Numbered from the stretch's first letter, positions 11,549 through 20,121 are shown. The stretch is DNA of 64,000 bases from Spirochaetota bacterium (GCA_018262985.1 JADFDI010000003.1:35577-99576), one strand, 5' to 3'. Translations and numbers: made by a program. Notes: generated by a model not told the origin, from the sequence alone.

Positions 11549-11634
11549 CGTGTATTCCGCGTTATTTGGTTATGCTGTAATTATTTACAGAAACATGAGC
11601 TGGCTTGCGAGGCTTCCGCGCGCGAGGCCGGTCG

Positions 11635-11672
11635 AAAAAAAACCGCCGCGGCGAAGGAGGACGCCGCGGCGG
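11635..11672 (-). terminator. Rho-independent terminator downstream of the FN3-like lipoprotein gene
   Basis: On the minus strand: stem CCGCCGCGG / CCGCGGCGG around a roughly 10-nt loop, followed by T8 (11642-11635). Confidence 0.8.
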
Positions 11673-11714
11673 AGGGGAAGGGGAAGCGACCGAAGCGGGC
11701 GGCCGCGGAAAGGC

Positions 11715-12143
11715 TCAGAATACCGGCATTCCGATATAGTATGCGTACTCGCTGATCGCCGAGCGGCCGAAGCCGTTCCAGGCCTGGACGCCGAGGATGA
11801 TCCAACCGTCATAGGTATCAGGATCGGCTTTCGGATCGTAGTCGTACGACGAAAGGACATCCTTGTTCAGCGGGAACACCGGATTGGGAACCTCGTCGAG
11901 CGGTTTCCACACTTTCTTCGTGGCGTCCGAGAGGTAATTGTCCACGACGTAGACCGTATAGCCGGAAGCCTCGGAAACCGGTGTCCAGACCAGCGCCTCG
12001 CCTTCACCATAGAAGTCGAACATGGTCGCGACATTCACCGGCGCCTCGGGGGCGAGGTCGTCCATGGACGAGAACAGGATCAGGTCGCAGGAGGCGAGCG
12101 AAAGGCTGGACGCGAGGAGGAGGGCGATTACGACTTTCTTCAC
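11715..12143 (-). CDS. Lipoprotein with a fibronectin-III-like fold (hypothetical)
   Basis: 142 aa with a GTG start. Signal peptide plus lipobox MKKVVIALLLASSLSLASC. PVNV...ALVWTPVSEASGYTVYV resembles an FN3 strand pattern. SD GGGGAG is present. Codon usage is visibly less GC-rich than in neighbouring genes. Confidence 0.6.
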   Translation of the reverse strand: MKKVVIALLLASSLSLASCDLILFSSMDDLAPEAPVNVATMFDFYGEGEALVWTPVSEASGYTVYVVDNYLSDATKKVWKPLDEVPNPVFPLNKDVLSSYDYDPKADPDTYDGWIILGVQAWNGFGRSAISEYAYYIGMPVF

Positions 12144-12215
12144 TTGAAGCTCCCCGGCGCGACGGGAGCCTTGACTGGGTGACTGACGGTGCGCGCCGCT
12201 TTCAAACTTCCTAGA

Positions 12216-12243
12216 AAGATAGCGCGGCGGGCCGGCAATGCAA
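12216..12243 (-). promoter_or_regulatory. Sigma70-type promoter for the lipoprotein gene
   Basis: On the minus strand: TTGCAT (12243-12238), 16 nt, TATCTT (12221-12216). Confidence 0.4.
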
Positions 12244-12259
12244 GCGCGCCGCGACGATT

Positions 12260-13267
12260 TCAGAAGCCCAGGGCCGAATCGACGTCTCCGGGACCGAAGC
12301 CGCCCTCGAGCCGGGCGAGAGCGTCCTCCAGGCCGTCGTAGTCGCCGGAGACGACGCGCGCGCAGAAGCCGAGCGTCCCGGAGCTTCCCGCCACGGCCAA
12401 CAGGCGGGCCGCGAAGCCGTAGGCGGCGAGGTAATAGTCGGCGTCCTTCTCCTCGACCGTGCCGGTCAGCGCGAGGCGGAGCCGGTGCTCGTCGCGGACC
12501 GGGCCGTCCTCGGCGTAGCGGGACGCGGCGCGGTCGAAGGCGGCGGAGGCCTGAGCCGCCTCGCCTCCGAGGGCCGCGAGCTCGGAGAGCAGCAGGGCGA
12601 CGGTCTCGTCGACGAAGCGCCAGCGGGTGGTTTCCTCCGGGTCGAAACGGTCCGAGAAGGGATCGGTCAGCGCCTTGGCGGCCGGGGGCCGGCGGAACGA
12701 GGCCTCGGCATGGACGAGCGCGTGGACCATGGAGGGGAGCGGGGGCGCGGCCTCGAGGTCGATGACTGCGTAGCTGCCGTCCGGGCTCGGGAAAACCGGG
12801 AAGGCGAGCTCCCCGCCGCGCATCGTGCGGGCGAAACGCCTGAGCGGCAGCCTCGACGGGCTGTCCGCGCCCGAGAAGCGCTCGGTGATGAGCGGGTCGG
12901 GCGGCGCGAGGCTCGCGAAGCTGCCGGCGGTCATGATCGCGGTGAAGCGGCGGCCGTCCGCGAGCGGCCGACGGCCCGTCGCCGATTCGATCCAGAGCGC
13001 GGCCTCCTCGAGCAGCTCGAGGCCCTTGCGGGCGTTGAAGCCGCCGCTCGCGCCCTTCTCGACGAGCACCGCCGCGTCGCCGCTCTCGGCCATGGAGAAC
13101 GAGCTCTGCGTCGAATCGAGCAACACCCAGGCGGCGAGCCCGCCGAGGACGAGCGAGACGGTCGCGAGGAGCGCGACCTTGAGAGGCGTGGGGCTGCCCC
13201 AGGCCGCGGCGCCCTTCCGGGAGGCCACGTGCTGGCGGGCGAGCGGATTCCTCGGTTTCTGTTCCAT
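12260..13267 (-). CDS. Hypothetical membrane-anchored protein
   Basis: 335 aa. There is one N-terminal TM (LKVALLATVSLVLGGLAAWVLL) followed by a soluble domain I could not assign to a family. SD GAGGAG is present. Coding is supported by length and position in the gene string. Confidence 0.55.
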   Translation of the reverse strand: MEQKPRNPLARQHVASRKGAAAWGSPTPLKVALLATVSLVLGGLAAWVLLDSTQSSFSMAESGDAAVLVEKGASGGFNARKGLELLEEAALWIESATGRRPLADGRRFTAIMTAGSFASLAPPDPLITERFSGADSPSRLPLRRFARTMRGGELAFPVFPSPDGSYAVIDLEAAPPLPSMVHALVHAEASFRRPPAAKALTDPFSDRFDPEETTRWRFVDETVALLLSELAALGGEAAQASAAFDRAASRYAEDGPVRDEHRLRLALTGTVEEKDADYYLAAYGFAARLLAVAGSSGTLGFCARVVSGDYDGLEDALARLEGGFGPGDVDSALGF

Positions 13268-13322
13268 GGCGGGTTAGCTCCTCGATCGCTCTGTCGGTTC
13301 GTTCGGCGGCCGGGCGCCGGAC

Positions 13323-14606
13323 TCAGGGTTTCCAGTAAAGCCAGACGGCCGCCGCGACGACGGTCGTGGTGATCAGGGTGAACGGCAGGCCGAGCTTGAC
13401 GAAGCGGCCGAAACCCACCTCGTCGCCCTGCTTCTTCGCGAGCCCGACGGCCACGATGTTCGCCGATGCGCCGAAGGGCGTGACGTTGCCGCCGAGGCAG
13501 GCGCCGACGAGGAGCCCGAAGTAGAGCACGGTCGGCTCGATGCCCAGGTTGGCGGAGACGCTCGACACGAGCGGAAGCATCAGCGCGATGTAAGGCACGT
13601 TGTCGACGAAGCCCGAGATGAGCACGGAGACCGCCACGAGGAAGACGTAGATGGCCAGGACGTCCGTCCCGAACAGCGACTCGACGCCGCCCGCCAGGAC
13701 CTCGATGGCGCCCGAGCGGTTCAGCGCGCCGAGCATGATGAAGATGCCGACCAGGAAGAAAAGCGTCTCCCAATCGAGCTCGCGGACGATGCGGACGGCC
13801 TCGGAGAGCTTTTCCTTGCGGAAGAGGACGAACCAGAGCTGGCCGAGCAGGGCGGCGGCGAGGCAGATGAGGCCCGCCCCGGCTCCGACGCCGACCTCGT
13901 GGAGGCTGTTCCAGGCCAGGCCCCCGACCATGCCCACGAGGAGGAGGAGCGGCACCCAGCTGACGACCTTGCTGGTTCGCGCGACGCTTTCCTTGTGGTC
14001 GTGCTTCCGCACCAGGTACCAGCTGATGAGTGCGGCGATGATCGCGCCCGCCTGGACGAAGAAGAAGATCGAGAGCTTCCCTCGGTAGAAGAAGAAGTCG
14101 TTGAACGAGAAGCCGGCCGCGCCCGCGAAGAGCATGGAGGGCGGATCGCCGACCAGCGTGGCGGTGCCCTGCAGGTTGGCGTTGACCGCGAGGATGACCA
14201 GCACGAGGCCGACGGGCACCTTCACCTTCTTCGCGATTTCGATGGCGATGGGCGCCACCACGAGCACCGTGGCCACGTTCTCCACGAAGGCGGAGACGAG
14301 GCCGGTGAAGAGGGCGATGAGGGCGATGGCGACCGCCGCGTTGGGAGCCTTGTTGGCGATCCATTCGGCGATGACCGCGGGCACCTTGGAATAGATGAAA
14401 AGTTCCGCGAGGATGAGCGAGCCGACGTAGATGGCCAGCACGTTCCAGTTCACCCATTCGCGGAGCGCCTCGAGGGGCGGCGCCATGCCGAGCAGCATGA
14501 GGAGCAGGGCGGCGCCCAGGCTGATCCAGGCCTTGTACTTCGAGAATGCCGCGATGAGCGCGTAGGCGAGCACGAGCACGAGGGCCGTGACGACGATCGG
14601 GTTCAT
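13323..14606 (-). CDS. ArsB/NhaD-superfamily (CitMHS-like) anion permease
   Basis: 427 aa from MNPIVVTALVLVLAYAL...; a polytopic protein. LQGTATLVGDPPSMLF and GGNVTPFGASANIV are typical of this permease superfamily. This is the C-terminal part of track ORF 13323..16244. Confidence 0.75.
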   Translation of the reverse strand: MNPIVVTALVLVLAYALIAAFSKYKAWISLGAALLLMLLGMAPPLEALREWVNWNVLAIYVGSLILAELFIYSKVPAVIAEWIANKAPNAAVAIALIALFTGLVSAFVENVATVLVVAPIAIEIAKKVKVPVGLVLVILAVNANLQGTATLVGDPPSMLFAGAAGFSFNDFFFYRGKLSIFFFVQAGAIIAALISWYLVRKHDHKESVARTSKVVSWVPLLLLVGMVGGLAWNSLHEVGVGAGAGLICLAAALLGQLWFVLFRKEKLSEAVRIVRELDWETLFFLVGIFIMLGALNRSGAIEVLAGGVESLFGTDVLAIYVFLVAVSVLISGFVDNVPYIALMLPLVSSVSANLGIEPTVLYFGLLVGACLGGNVTPFGASANIVAVGLAKKQGDEVGFGRFVKLGLPFTLITTTVVAAAVWLYWKP

Positions 14607-14612
14607 GCGGCA

Positions 14613-14642
14613 ACTATGTGCGCTCGCGCGAGGGGCGGTCAA
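14613..14642 (-). promoter_or_regulatory. Promoter of the ArsB/NhaD-type permease, leaderless arrangement
   Basis: On the minus strand: TTGACC (14642-14637), 18 nt, CATAGT (14618-14613), 6 nt, ATG (14606). Confidence 0.4.
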
Positions 14643-14685
14643 GCGGGGCGGGGGCGGCGGGACGGCGTCCGCGGAGGGGCGCCGC

Positions 14686-14714
14686 TTGCCGAGGCCCCGG
14701 GCGCGGGGTACGAT
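14686..14714 (+). promoter_or_regulatory. Promoter of the MFS transporter, leaderless arrangement
   Basis: TTGCCG (14686-91), 17 nt, TACGAT (14709-14), 6 nt, ATG (14721). Confidence 0.45.
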
Positions 14715-14720
14715 GCTCCC

Positions 14721-15956
14721 ATGTCCCCGGATGCATCCTGGAAACGCTCCTACGGCGCCGTCTGGATCGCCGAGCTCGTCGCGATAACGGGTTTCGGCAC
14801 GACCATGGTCGCCATACCCTTCCATTTCAAGGCGCTCGGCGTGACCGACGCCGCGGACCTCAATTTCTGGAACGGCCTGACCGCTTCCACCACCGCGCTG
14901 GCCCTGGCCCTCATGGCGCCCGTCTGGGGCGCGCTCGCCGACGCCTACGGCCGGAAGCTCATGCTGATGCGGGCCATGTTCGGCGGCGCCGTGCTGATCG
15001 GCGCCATGTCCTTCGTGAACGAACCCTGGCAGCTCGCGGCGCTCCGGACCCTGCAGGGCGCGGTCACCGGCACCGTGGCGGCCGCCACCGTGCTGACCGC
15101 CAGCCTCGTGCCGCAGGCGGAGGCCGGCTACCGGCTCGGGCTCCTCCAGACCGCGGTCTTCCTCGGCAATTCCTTCGGACCCCTGCTCGGCGGCGCCGTC
15201 TCGGCGGCATTGGGCACCCGGATGAATTTCCTCGCCACCGCGGGCATCCTGCTCGTCGCGGGCGTCCTCGTGGCGACCGGCGTGCACGACGCCTACGAAC
15301 CTCCCGCCCGCGCGAAGCGGCTCTCCTTCCGCGAGCTCCTGCCCGACCTTTCGCTCCTGGCCCGGACGCCCGTCCTGGCCGGGCTCCTCGCGACGGTGTT
15401 CGCGGTGCAGTTCGCCACCGCCGTCGCCCAGCCCATCCTCGCCCTCATCGTGGACGACTACGTCGCCGGCCCCTCGGCCGAGGGCGTCGCGGGGCTCGTG
15501 ATCGGCGCCGGATCGGCGGCCGGGGCCATCGCGGCCGCCCTCATCGGCAAGGTGTCGGGACGCTTCGGCTACGGCCGCACCCTCGTCCTCTGCGCCTTCG
15601 GCGCCTTCGCCTTCTACCTGCCCCAGGGCTTCGCCCGCGACCCGTGGACCCTGCTCGCGCTGCGCATCGGCTCCGGCGTCTTCCTCGGCGGCACCATGCC
15701 CTCGGTCAACGCCCTCATCGCGGGCAACTGCGAGAAGGGGCGGCAGGGGGCGACCTACGGGCTCTCGACCTCGGTGCAGAACGCCGGCATGGCCGTGGGG
15801 CCCGTGGTCGGCACCGCCGTCGCCAACACCTTCGGCCGGCCGGCGGTTTTCTTCGTGACGAGCGCCGTGCTGCTCGGCGTCGGCGCCATGGTATCGCGAT
15901 CCTTGCGGCGCGCTTTCGCGGTAAGCGGCAGGGCGGAGGAACGTCATGGAACCTGA
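14721..15956 (+). CDS. MFS transporter
   Basis: 411 aa from MSPDASWKRSYGAVWIAE...; about 12 TM with the MFS loop motif GALADAYGRKLML. This is the in-frame C-terminal part of track ORF 13899..15956. Confidence 0.85.
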   Translation: MSPDASWKRSYGAVWIAELVAITGFGTTMVAIPFHFKALGVTDAADLNFWNGLTASTTALALALMAPVWGALADAYGRKLMLMRAMFGGAVLIGAMSFVNEPWQLAALRTLQGAVTGTVAAATVLTASLVPQAEAGYRLGLLQTAVFLGNSFGPLLGGAVSAALGTRMNFLATAGILLVAGVLVATGVHDAYEPPARAKRLSFRELLPDLSLLARTPVLAGLLATVFAVQFATAVAQPILALIVDDYVAGPSAEGVAGLVIGAGSAAGAIAAALIGKVSGRFGYGRTLVLCAFGAFAFYLPQGFARDPWTLLALRIGSGVFLGGTMPSVNALIAGNCEKGRQGATYGLSTSVQNAGMAVGPVVGTAVANTFGRPAVFFVTSAVLLGVGAMVSRSLRRAFAVSGRAEERHGT

Positions 15957-16473
15957 TTTCGGGGTTTCCGGGAAGGGAACTCGCGGGGCCGGCCGCGCGA
16001 CCGGTCGGGCGGCCGCGTTCGAGCGGGTGCTGCGCGTCGTCGCGCTCGCCCTGGTCGTCCTCCTGGCGCTGGGGACGGTCCTGGCCCTGGCGTCCGGCTC
16101 TCCGCGGATCGCGCGCGCGCGGGAGGAGGCCGAGTCCGGGGCCGCTTCCCGGCCGGCCGAACGCCCGAGCGGCGTCTTCCTGGACCTGGGCGACATCCGG
16201 GCCTCCACTCGGGATGGTGACGGCGCGCTCGTGCTCGCGACCATCGCCTTTTCCTACGACGATTCCGACGCCGCTTTCGTCGAGGAGCTGGGGGACAAGA
16301 CCGCGCGGCTCAGGGCCGCGGCCGTCGAGTACTTCTCGTCGAAGTCGAAGGCCGAGCTCGCGCCCGCCTTCGAGGGGCTGGTCAAGGCGCAGCTCCGGGA
16401 GCGCTTCGACGCCCTGCTCTCGCTGGGCGCGGTGGGGGAGGTCTGGCTGCCCGACTTCGCGGTGGTCGACTGA
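15946..16473 (+). CDS. fliL: FliL-like flagellar basal-body-associated protein
   Basis: 175 aa. A single TM (VVALALVVLLALGTVLALA) is followed by a FliL-like pattern (VFLDLGDIRAST...ATIAFSYDD...ELAP...LKAQLRERF...GEVWLPDFAVVD). SD GGAGGAA is present. It overlaps the MFS stop by 11 nt. Confidence 0.6.
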   Translation: MEPDFGVSGKGTRGAGRATGRAAAFERVLRVVALALVVLLALGTVLALASGSPRIARAREEAESGAASRPAERPSGVFLDLGDIRASTRDGDGALVLATIAFSYDDSDAAFVEELGDKTARLRAAAVEYFSSKSKAELAPAFEGLVKAQLRERFDALLSLGAVGEVWLPDFAVVD

Positions 16474-16496
16474 GCGGGCCGTCGGCCGGCCCGCGT

Positions 16497-17753
16497 TCAG
16501 CCCCGCGACACGGCCGCCTCGAGCGCGCGCACGATCTCGCGGTCGTAGACGTCCGGCCGGTGGACCAGCTCGTCGATGGCGGTTTCGCGGTCGCGGACGC
16601 GGCGCCAGGGCCGCGAGCTGACCAGCGCCGAGTAGCTCTCGGCGGCCCTGATGACGCGGGCGACCCGGGGGACCTTGGCGCCGCGGAGGGCGCGCGGATA
16701 GCCCGAGCCGTCCAGGTTCTCGTGGTGGCAGAGGGCGGCTTCCGCGAGCCGGGGTCGGAAGGGATCCGGCACGAAATCCAGCATGCGGGCGCCAGCCTCC
16801 GGATGCCGGCGCAACTCAGCGAACTGGGCTTCGTTCAGGCTCGAAAGCTCGAACAGCGCCGGATCGGAGGCCAGAAAGCCGGAATCGTAGACCAGCCCCG
16901 CGCAGCGGTGCAGCAGTCGCTCTTCCGGATCGAGCCCGAGCTCCGCCGCGATGGCGTGCGCCAGCGCGGCGACGAAGAATGCGGAGCCCGGCCTGCGGGT
17001 GATCGCGTCGATTTCGGCGCCCCGCCTTTCGCAGTCCGCGAGCAGGCCCGCGAACGTCGCGCGCCGCCCCGCGTCGAGCGAGGCCAGGTCGGCGTCCGCG
17101 CGGCCTTCGTCCCATGCGGGCCCCGCGCCGTCCCAGCTCCCGCCTGAATCTTCGCCGGCCCGCGCCGCGACCGGTCGCGAGAGGGCCTCGGCCGTGTCCG
17201 CCCTGCGCTCCGTGCCGATGTTGTGCTTCCGGAGCGCAACGAGCCCGGCGCCGGCACCGACCGCGCCGAGCGCGATTGCGATCCAGGCAGCGGGAGAGCG
17301 GGGGCGATCCTCGCGTTCGAACGGAACGGCGTCCTCGCCGCGGGCGATGCGCTCCTCGAGTCCGGCGATGGTCGCCTCCAGTTCGTCGACCCTCCCGCGC
17401 GAAGCGGCCCGGGCCAGCTCTCGTTCCGCGGCCCGCCGGGACTCGACGCTCCGCAGCTCCGCGAGCAGCGAGCGAGCCGGACCGCCCGCGTCCTCGGGGA
17501 GGCGCGCGAGCTCCGCGAGCAGCTTCGCCTCCTCGTTCCGGAAGCGGGCCGCTTCGGCGCTCCGGGCCTCCTCGCGTCGCGCCTCGAGCTCCAGCTCCGC
17601 GGCCAGCGCGATCCTCGCCTCGTCGAGCCTGGCGGAGAGCGTCCCGCCTTCCGGCGCCTGCGCGTGGAGGAACCGGCCCCCGGGAGCCGGTTTCAGGAAG
17701 GCCGACGCGACGAGGAGGGCGGACAAGGCGATGGCGCGGGCGGAGACTCTCAT
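16497..17753 (-). CDS. Membrane-anchored HD-GYP-domain protein with degenerate metal-binding motifs
   Basis: 418 aa. Signal/TM, an extracytoplasmic coiled-coil-like Ala/Glu/Arg-rich region, a TM (AAWIAIALGAVGAGAGLVAL), then an HD-GYP fold (HHENLDGSGYPRAL). The canonical LHDxGK is VYDSGF and DVxDAL is ESYSAL. Confidence 0.75.
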   Translation of the reverse strand: MRVSARAIALSALLVASAFLKPAPGGRFLHAQAPEGGTLSARLDEARIALAAELELEARREEARSAEAARFRNEEAKLLAELARLPEDAGGPARSLLAELRSVESRRAAERELARAASRGRVDELEATIAGLEERIARGEDAVPFEREDRPRSPAAWIAIALGAVGAGAGLVALRKHNIGTERRADTAEALSRPVAARAGEDSGGSWDGAGPAWDEGRADADLASLDAGRRATFAGLLADCERRGAEIDAITRRPGSAFFVAALAHAIAAELGLDPEERLLHRCAGLVYDSGFLASDPALFELSSLNEAQFAELRRHPEAGARMLDFVPDPFRPRLAEAALCHHENLDGSGYPRALRGAKVPRVARVIRAAESYSALVSSRPWRRVRDRETAIDELVHRPDVYDREIVRALEAAVSRG

Positions 17754-17761
17754 CGACGGCC

Positions 17762-17791
17762 AGTATCGCCCCGGGCCGCGGCCGCGCGCAA
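17762..17791 (-). promoter_or_regulatory. Promoter of the degenerate HD-GYP gene, leaderless arrangement
   Basis: On the minus strand: TTGCGC (17791-17786), 18 nt, GATACT (17767-17762), 8 nt, ATG (17753). Confidence 0.4.
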
Positions 17792-17835
17792 GTGCGGCGG
17801 ACGGCCTCGCGGCCGCCCGCCACCCTGTCTTCCGA

Positions 17836-19620
17836 TTAGTTCGAGTCCGCCTTCTCTACAATTCGGATGTGCAGGTCGTCGAGCTGTTCGGCCTCCGCGG
17901 GGCTGGGACACTCATCGAGCGGGCTGATGCCGAAGGTGTTCTTGGGGAAGGGGATGACCTCGCGGATGGTGCTCTCGCCGGCCATCAGCATGACCAGGCG
18001 GTCGAAGCCGAGCGCGGCGCCGCCGTGGGGCGGGGGTCCGTACTTGAAGGCCTCGACGAGGAAGCCGAACTTGTTCATGGCCTCCTCCTCGCTGAACCCG
18101 ACGATGTTGAACACGCGCTTCTGCAGCTCCGGGTCGTGGATGCGGATGGAACCGGAGGCCATCTCGTACCCGTTCATCACCAGGTCGTAGAGGTCTCCCT
18201 TCACCGGGCCCGGATCCTTTTCCATGGTGGCGTGGAAGCGTTCCTGCGGCATGGTGAACATGTGGTGCGCGGGGTCCCACTTCCTCTCGTCCTCGTTCCA
18301 TTCGAACATGGGGAAGTCGATGACCCAGGCGAACTTGAAGGTCTTCGGGTCGCAGAGTCCGAGCTCCGCGCCGAGTTTCGAGCGCACCGCGCCGAGCGAC
18401 GCGCAGGCGACGGACTTCTTCGGGTCCGCCACCAGCAGGACGAGGTCGCCCTCCTTCGCTCCGAGGCGATCCAGGATGGTCTTCTCCTGCCCGGCGAAGA
18501 ACTTCGAGACGCCGCCTTCGAGGGAACCGCCGGCGCCGGCCTTCATGAAGGCCATGCCCTTCGCGCCGTAGACCTTGGCCTGGGCCTCGAGCTCCTCGAT
18601 CTGCTTGCGCGAGTAGTCCGCCTTGCCGGGCACGACGAGCGCCTTGACCGCGCCGCCGGCCGCCACCGCGTCGTGGAAGGCCTGGAAGGTGCCGGCGCCC
18701 GAGAGCGCCGCGAAGTCCTGCATGGCCATGCCGAAGCGGAGGTCGGGCTTGTCCGTGCCGTAGAGCTCGATCGCGTCGTCGTAGGCGATGCGGGCGAACG
18801 GAGTTTCGAGCTCGACGCCCATGGTCTTCCGGAACAGGTCGACCACCATCTCCTCGACCAGCGAGAGCACGTCGTCGCGCTCGACGAAGGACATCTCGAG
18901 GTCGATCTGGGTGAACTCGAGCTGGCGGTCGCCGCGCGCGTCCTCGTCGCGGTAGCAGCGCGCCAGCTGGAAGTAGCGGTCGAAGCCGCCGACCATCAAT
19001 ATCTGCTTGAACAGCTGCGGCGACTGCGGCAGCGCGTAGAACTTGCCCGGGTTCACCCGGCTCGGCACCAGGAAGTCGCGCGCGCCCTCGGGCGTGGTCT
19101 TGATGAGGGTGGGGGTCTCGATCTCGTAGAAGCCCTTGGAGGCCATGAAATTGCGCACGGCCAGGGCCGCCTCGTGGCGGAGCCTGAGCTTGCGCTGCAT
19201 GGAGGCGGAGCGCATGTCCAGGTAGCGGTGCTTGAGGCGCAGGTCCTCCTTCGCGTCGACCTTTTCGTCGATGACGAAGGGCAGGGTCTCGCAGCGCGAA
19301 AGGATCTGGAGCTCCTCGATCTTCAGCTCGATCGCGCCCGTGTCCATGTTCGGGTTGACCATCGAATCCGGGCGCGGACGCACCGTGCCGCGCACCGCGA
19401 CGCAGTACTCGCTCTTGAGCTCGTCGGCGGCCGCGCGCAGGGCCGCCCCGGCGTCGGAATCGACGACGACCTGCGTCACGCCGTGGCGGTCGCGCAGGTT
19501 GATGAAGGAAATGCCGCCGTGATCCCGTTTGCGGTGCACCCATCCGTTGAGGGTGACCGTCTTCCCCGCGTCGCTCGCGCGGAGCTGGCCGCAATTCGCG
19601 GTCCTTTTAAGGTACGCCAT
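17836..19620 (-). CDS. aspS: Aspartyl-tRNA synthetase
   Basis: 594 aa, a full-length bacterial-type AspRS. It has the N-terminal OB fold (LNGWVHRKRDHGGISFINLRD), motif 1/2 region (FYALPQSPQLFKQ, RCYRDEDARGDRQLEFTQID), and motif 3 (GGAALGFDRLVML). Confidence 0.95.
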   Translation of the reverse strand: MAYLKRTANCGQLRASDAGKTVTLNGWVHRKRDHGGISFINLRDRHGVTQVVVDSDAGAALRAAADELKSEYCVAVRGTVRPRPDSMVNPNMDTGAIELKIEELQILSRCETLPFVIDEKVDAKEDLRLKHRYLDMRSASMQRKLRLRHEAALAVRNFMASKGFYEIETPTLIKTTPEGARDFLVPSRVNPGKFYALPQSPQLFKQILMVGGFDRYFQLARCYRDEDARGDRQLEFTQIDLEMSFVERDDVLSLVEEMVVDLFRKTMGVELETPFARIAYDDAIELYGTDKPDLRFGMAMQDFAALSGAGTFQAFHDAVAAGGAVKALVVPGKADYSRKQIEELEAQAKVYGAKGMAFMKAGAGGSLEGGVSKFFAGQEKTILDRLGAKEGDLVLLVADPKKSVACASLGAVRSKLGAELGLCDPKTFKFAWVIDFPMFEWNEDERKWDPAHHMFTMPQERFHATMEKDPGPVKGDLYDLVMNGYEMASGSIRIHDPELQKRVFNIVGFSEEEAMNKFGFLVEAFKYGPPPHGGAALGFDRLVMLMAGESTIREVIPFPKNTFGISPLDECPSPAEAEQLDDLHIRIVEKADSN

Positions 19621-19627
19621 GGACGCG

Positions 19628-19657
19628 ATAGTAGCCGAGCCGGGCGTCCGTTTTCAA
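19628..19657 (-). promoter_or_regulatory. Promoter of aspS, leaderless arrangement
   Basis: On the minus strand: TTGAAA (19657-19652), 18 nt, TACTAT (19633-19628), 7 nt, ATG (19620). There is no SD in the 7-nt gap. Confidence 0.55.
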
Positions 19658-19671
19658 GCGAGGGGCGCGAA

Positions 19672-20027
19672 GGCGCTTCGCGCCTTCGCGGCGACGAAGG
19701 GCTCTGCCCTTCGTCGATCTCCCGGAGCAGGAGCGCTTCGCGCCTTCGCGGCGACGAAGGGCTCTGCCCTTCGTCGATCTCCCGGAGCAGGAGCGCTTCG
19801 CGCCTTCGCGGCGACGAAGGGCTCTGCCCTTCGTCGATCTCCCGGAGCAGGAGCGCTTCGCGCCTTCGCGGCGACGAAGGGCTCTGCCCTTCGTCGATCT
19901 CCCGGAGCAGGAGCGCTTCGCGCCTTCGCGGCGACGAAGGGCTCTGCCCTTCGTCGATCTCCCGGAGCAGGAGCGCTTCGCGCCTTCGCGGCGACGAAGG
20001 GCTCTGCCCTTCGTCGGTCTTCCCGGG
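19672..20027. repeat. Tandem array of a 60-bp unit (5 identical copies plus partial flanking copies), each unit carrying an 11-bp-stem hairpin
   Basis: The 60-mers at 19681-19740, -19800, -19860, -19920 and -19980 are letter-for-letter identical. Each contains CGACGAAGGGC-TCT-GCCCTTCGTCG; a sixth hairpin lies at 19992-20016. The left edge has an extra hairpin GCGAAGGCGC-TTC-GCGCCTTCGC (19667-19689). Confidence 0.97.
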
Positions 20028-20121
20028 GCGGCTCGACGAGCCGGGAGGCGCGCGTCAGCTTGACTCCGGCGCCGCCGCGGGGCATCATTCAATGTACGTA
20101 CCCAGCGCCCGGAGGCCGTGC

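Noticed and set aside
19672-20027. Possible CRISPR array, given regular 60-bp periodicity and a palindromic core.
   Set aside because: The entire 60-bp unit is repeated identically. There are no unique spacers between repeats, and no cas genes are present in the window. The same reasoning applies to the arrays at 34164-34352 and 54683-54921.
20092-20121. Alternative start MYVPSARRPC for the cNMP-binding protein.
   Set aside because: The SD GGAGG (20111-15) is correctly spaced for ATG 20122 and would lie inside the coding region otherwise. The domain begins after 20122. The upstream start cannot be fully excluded.
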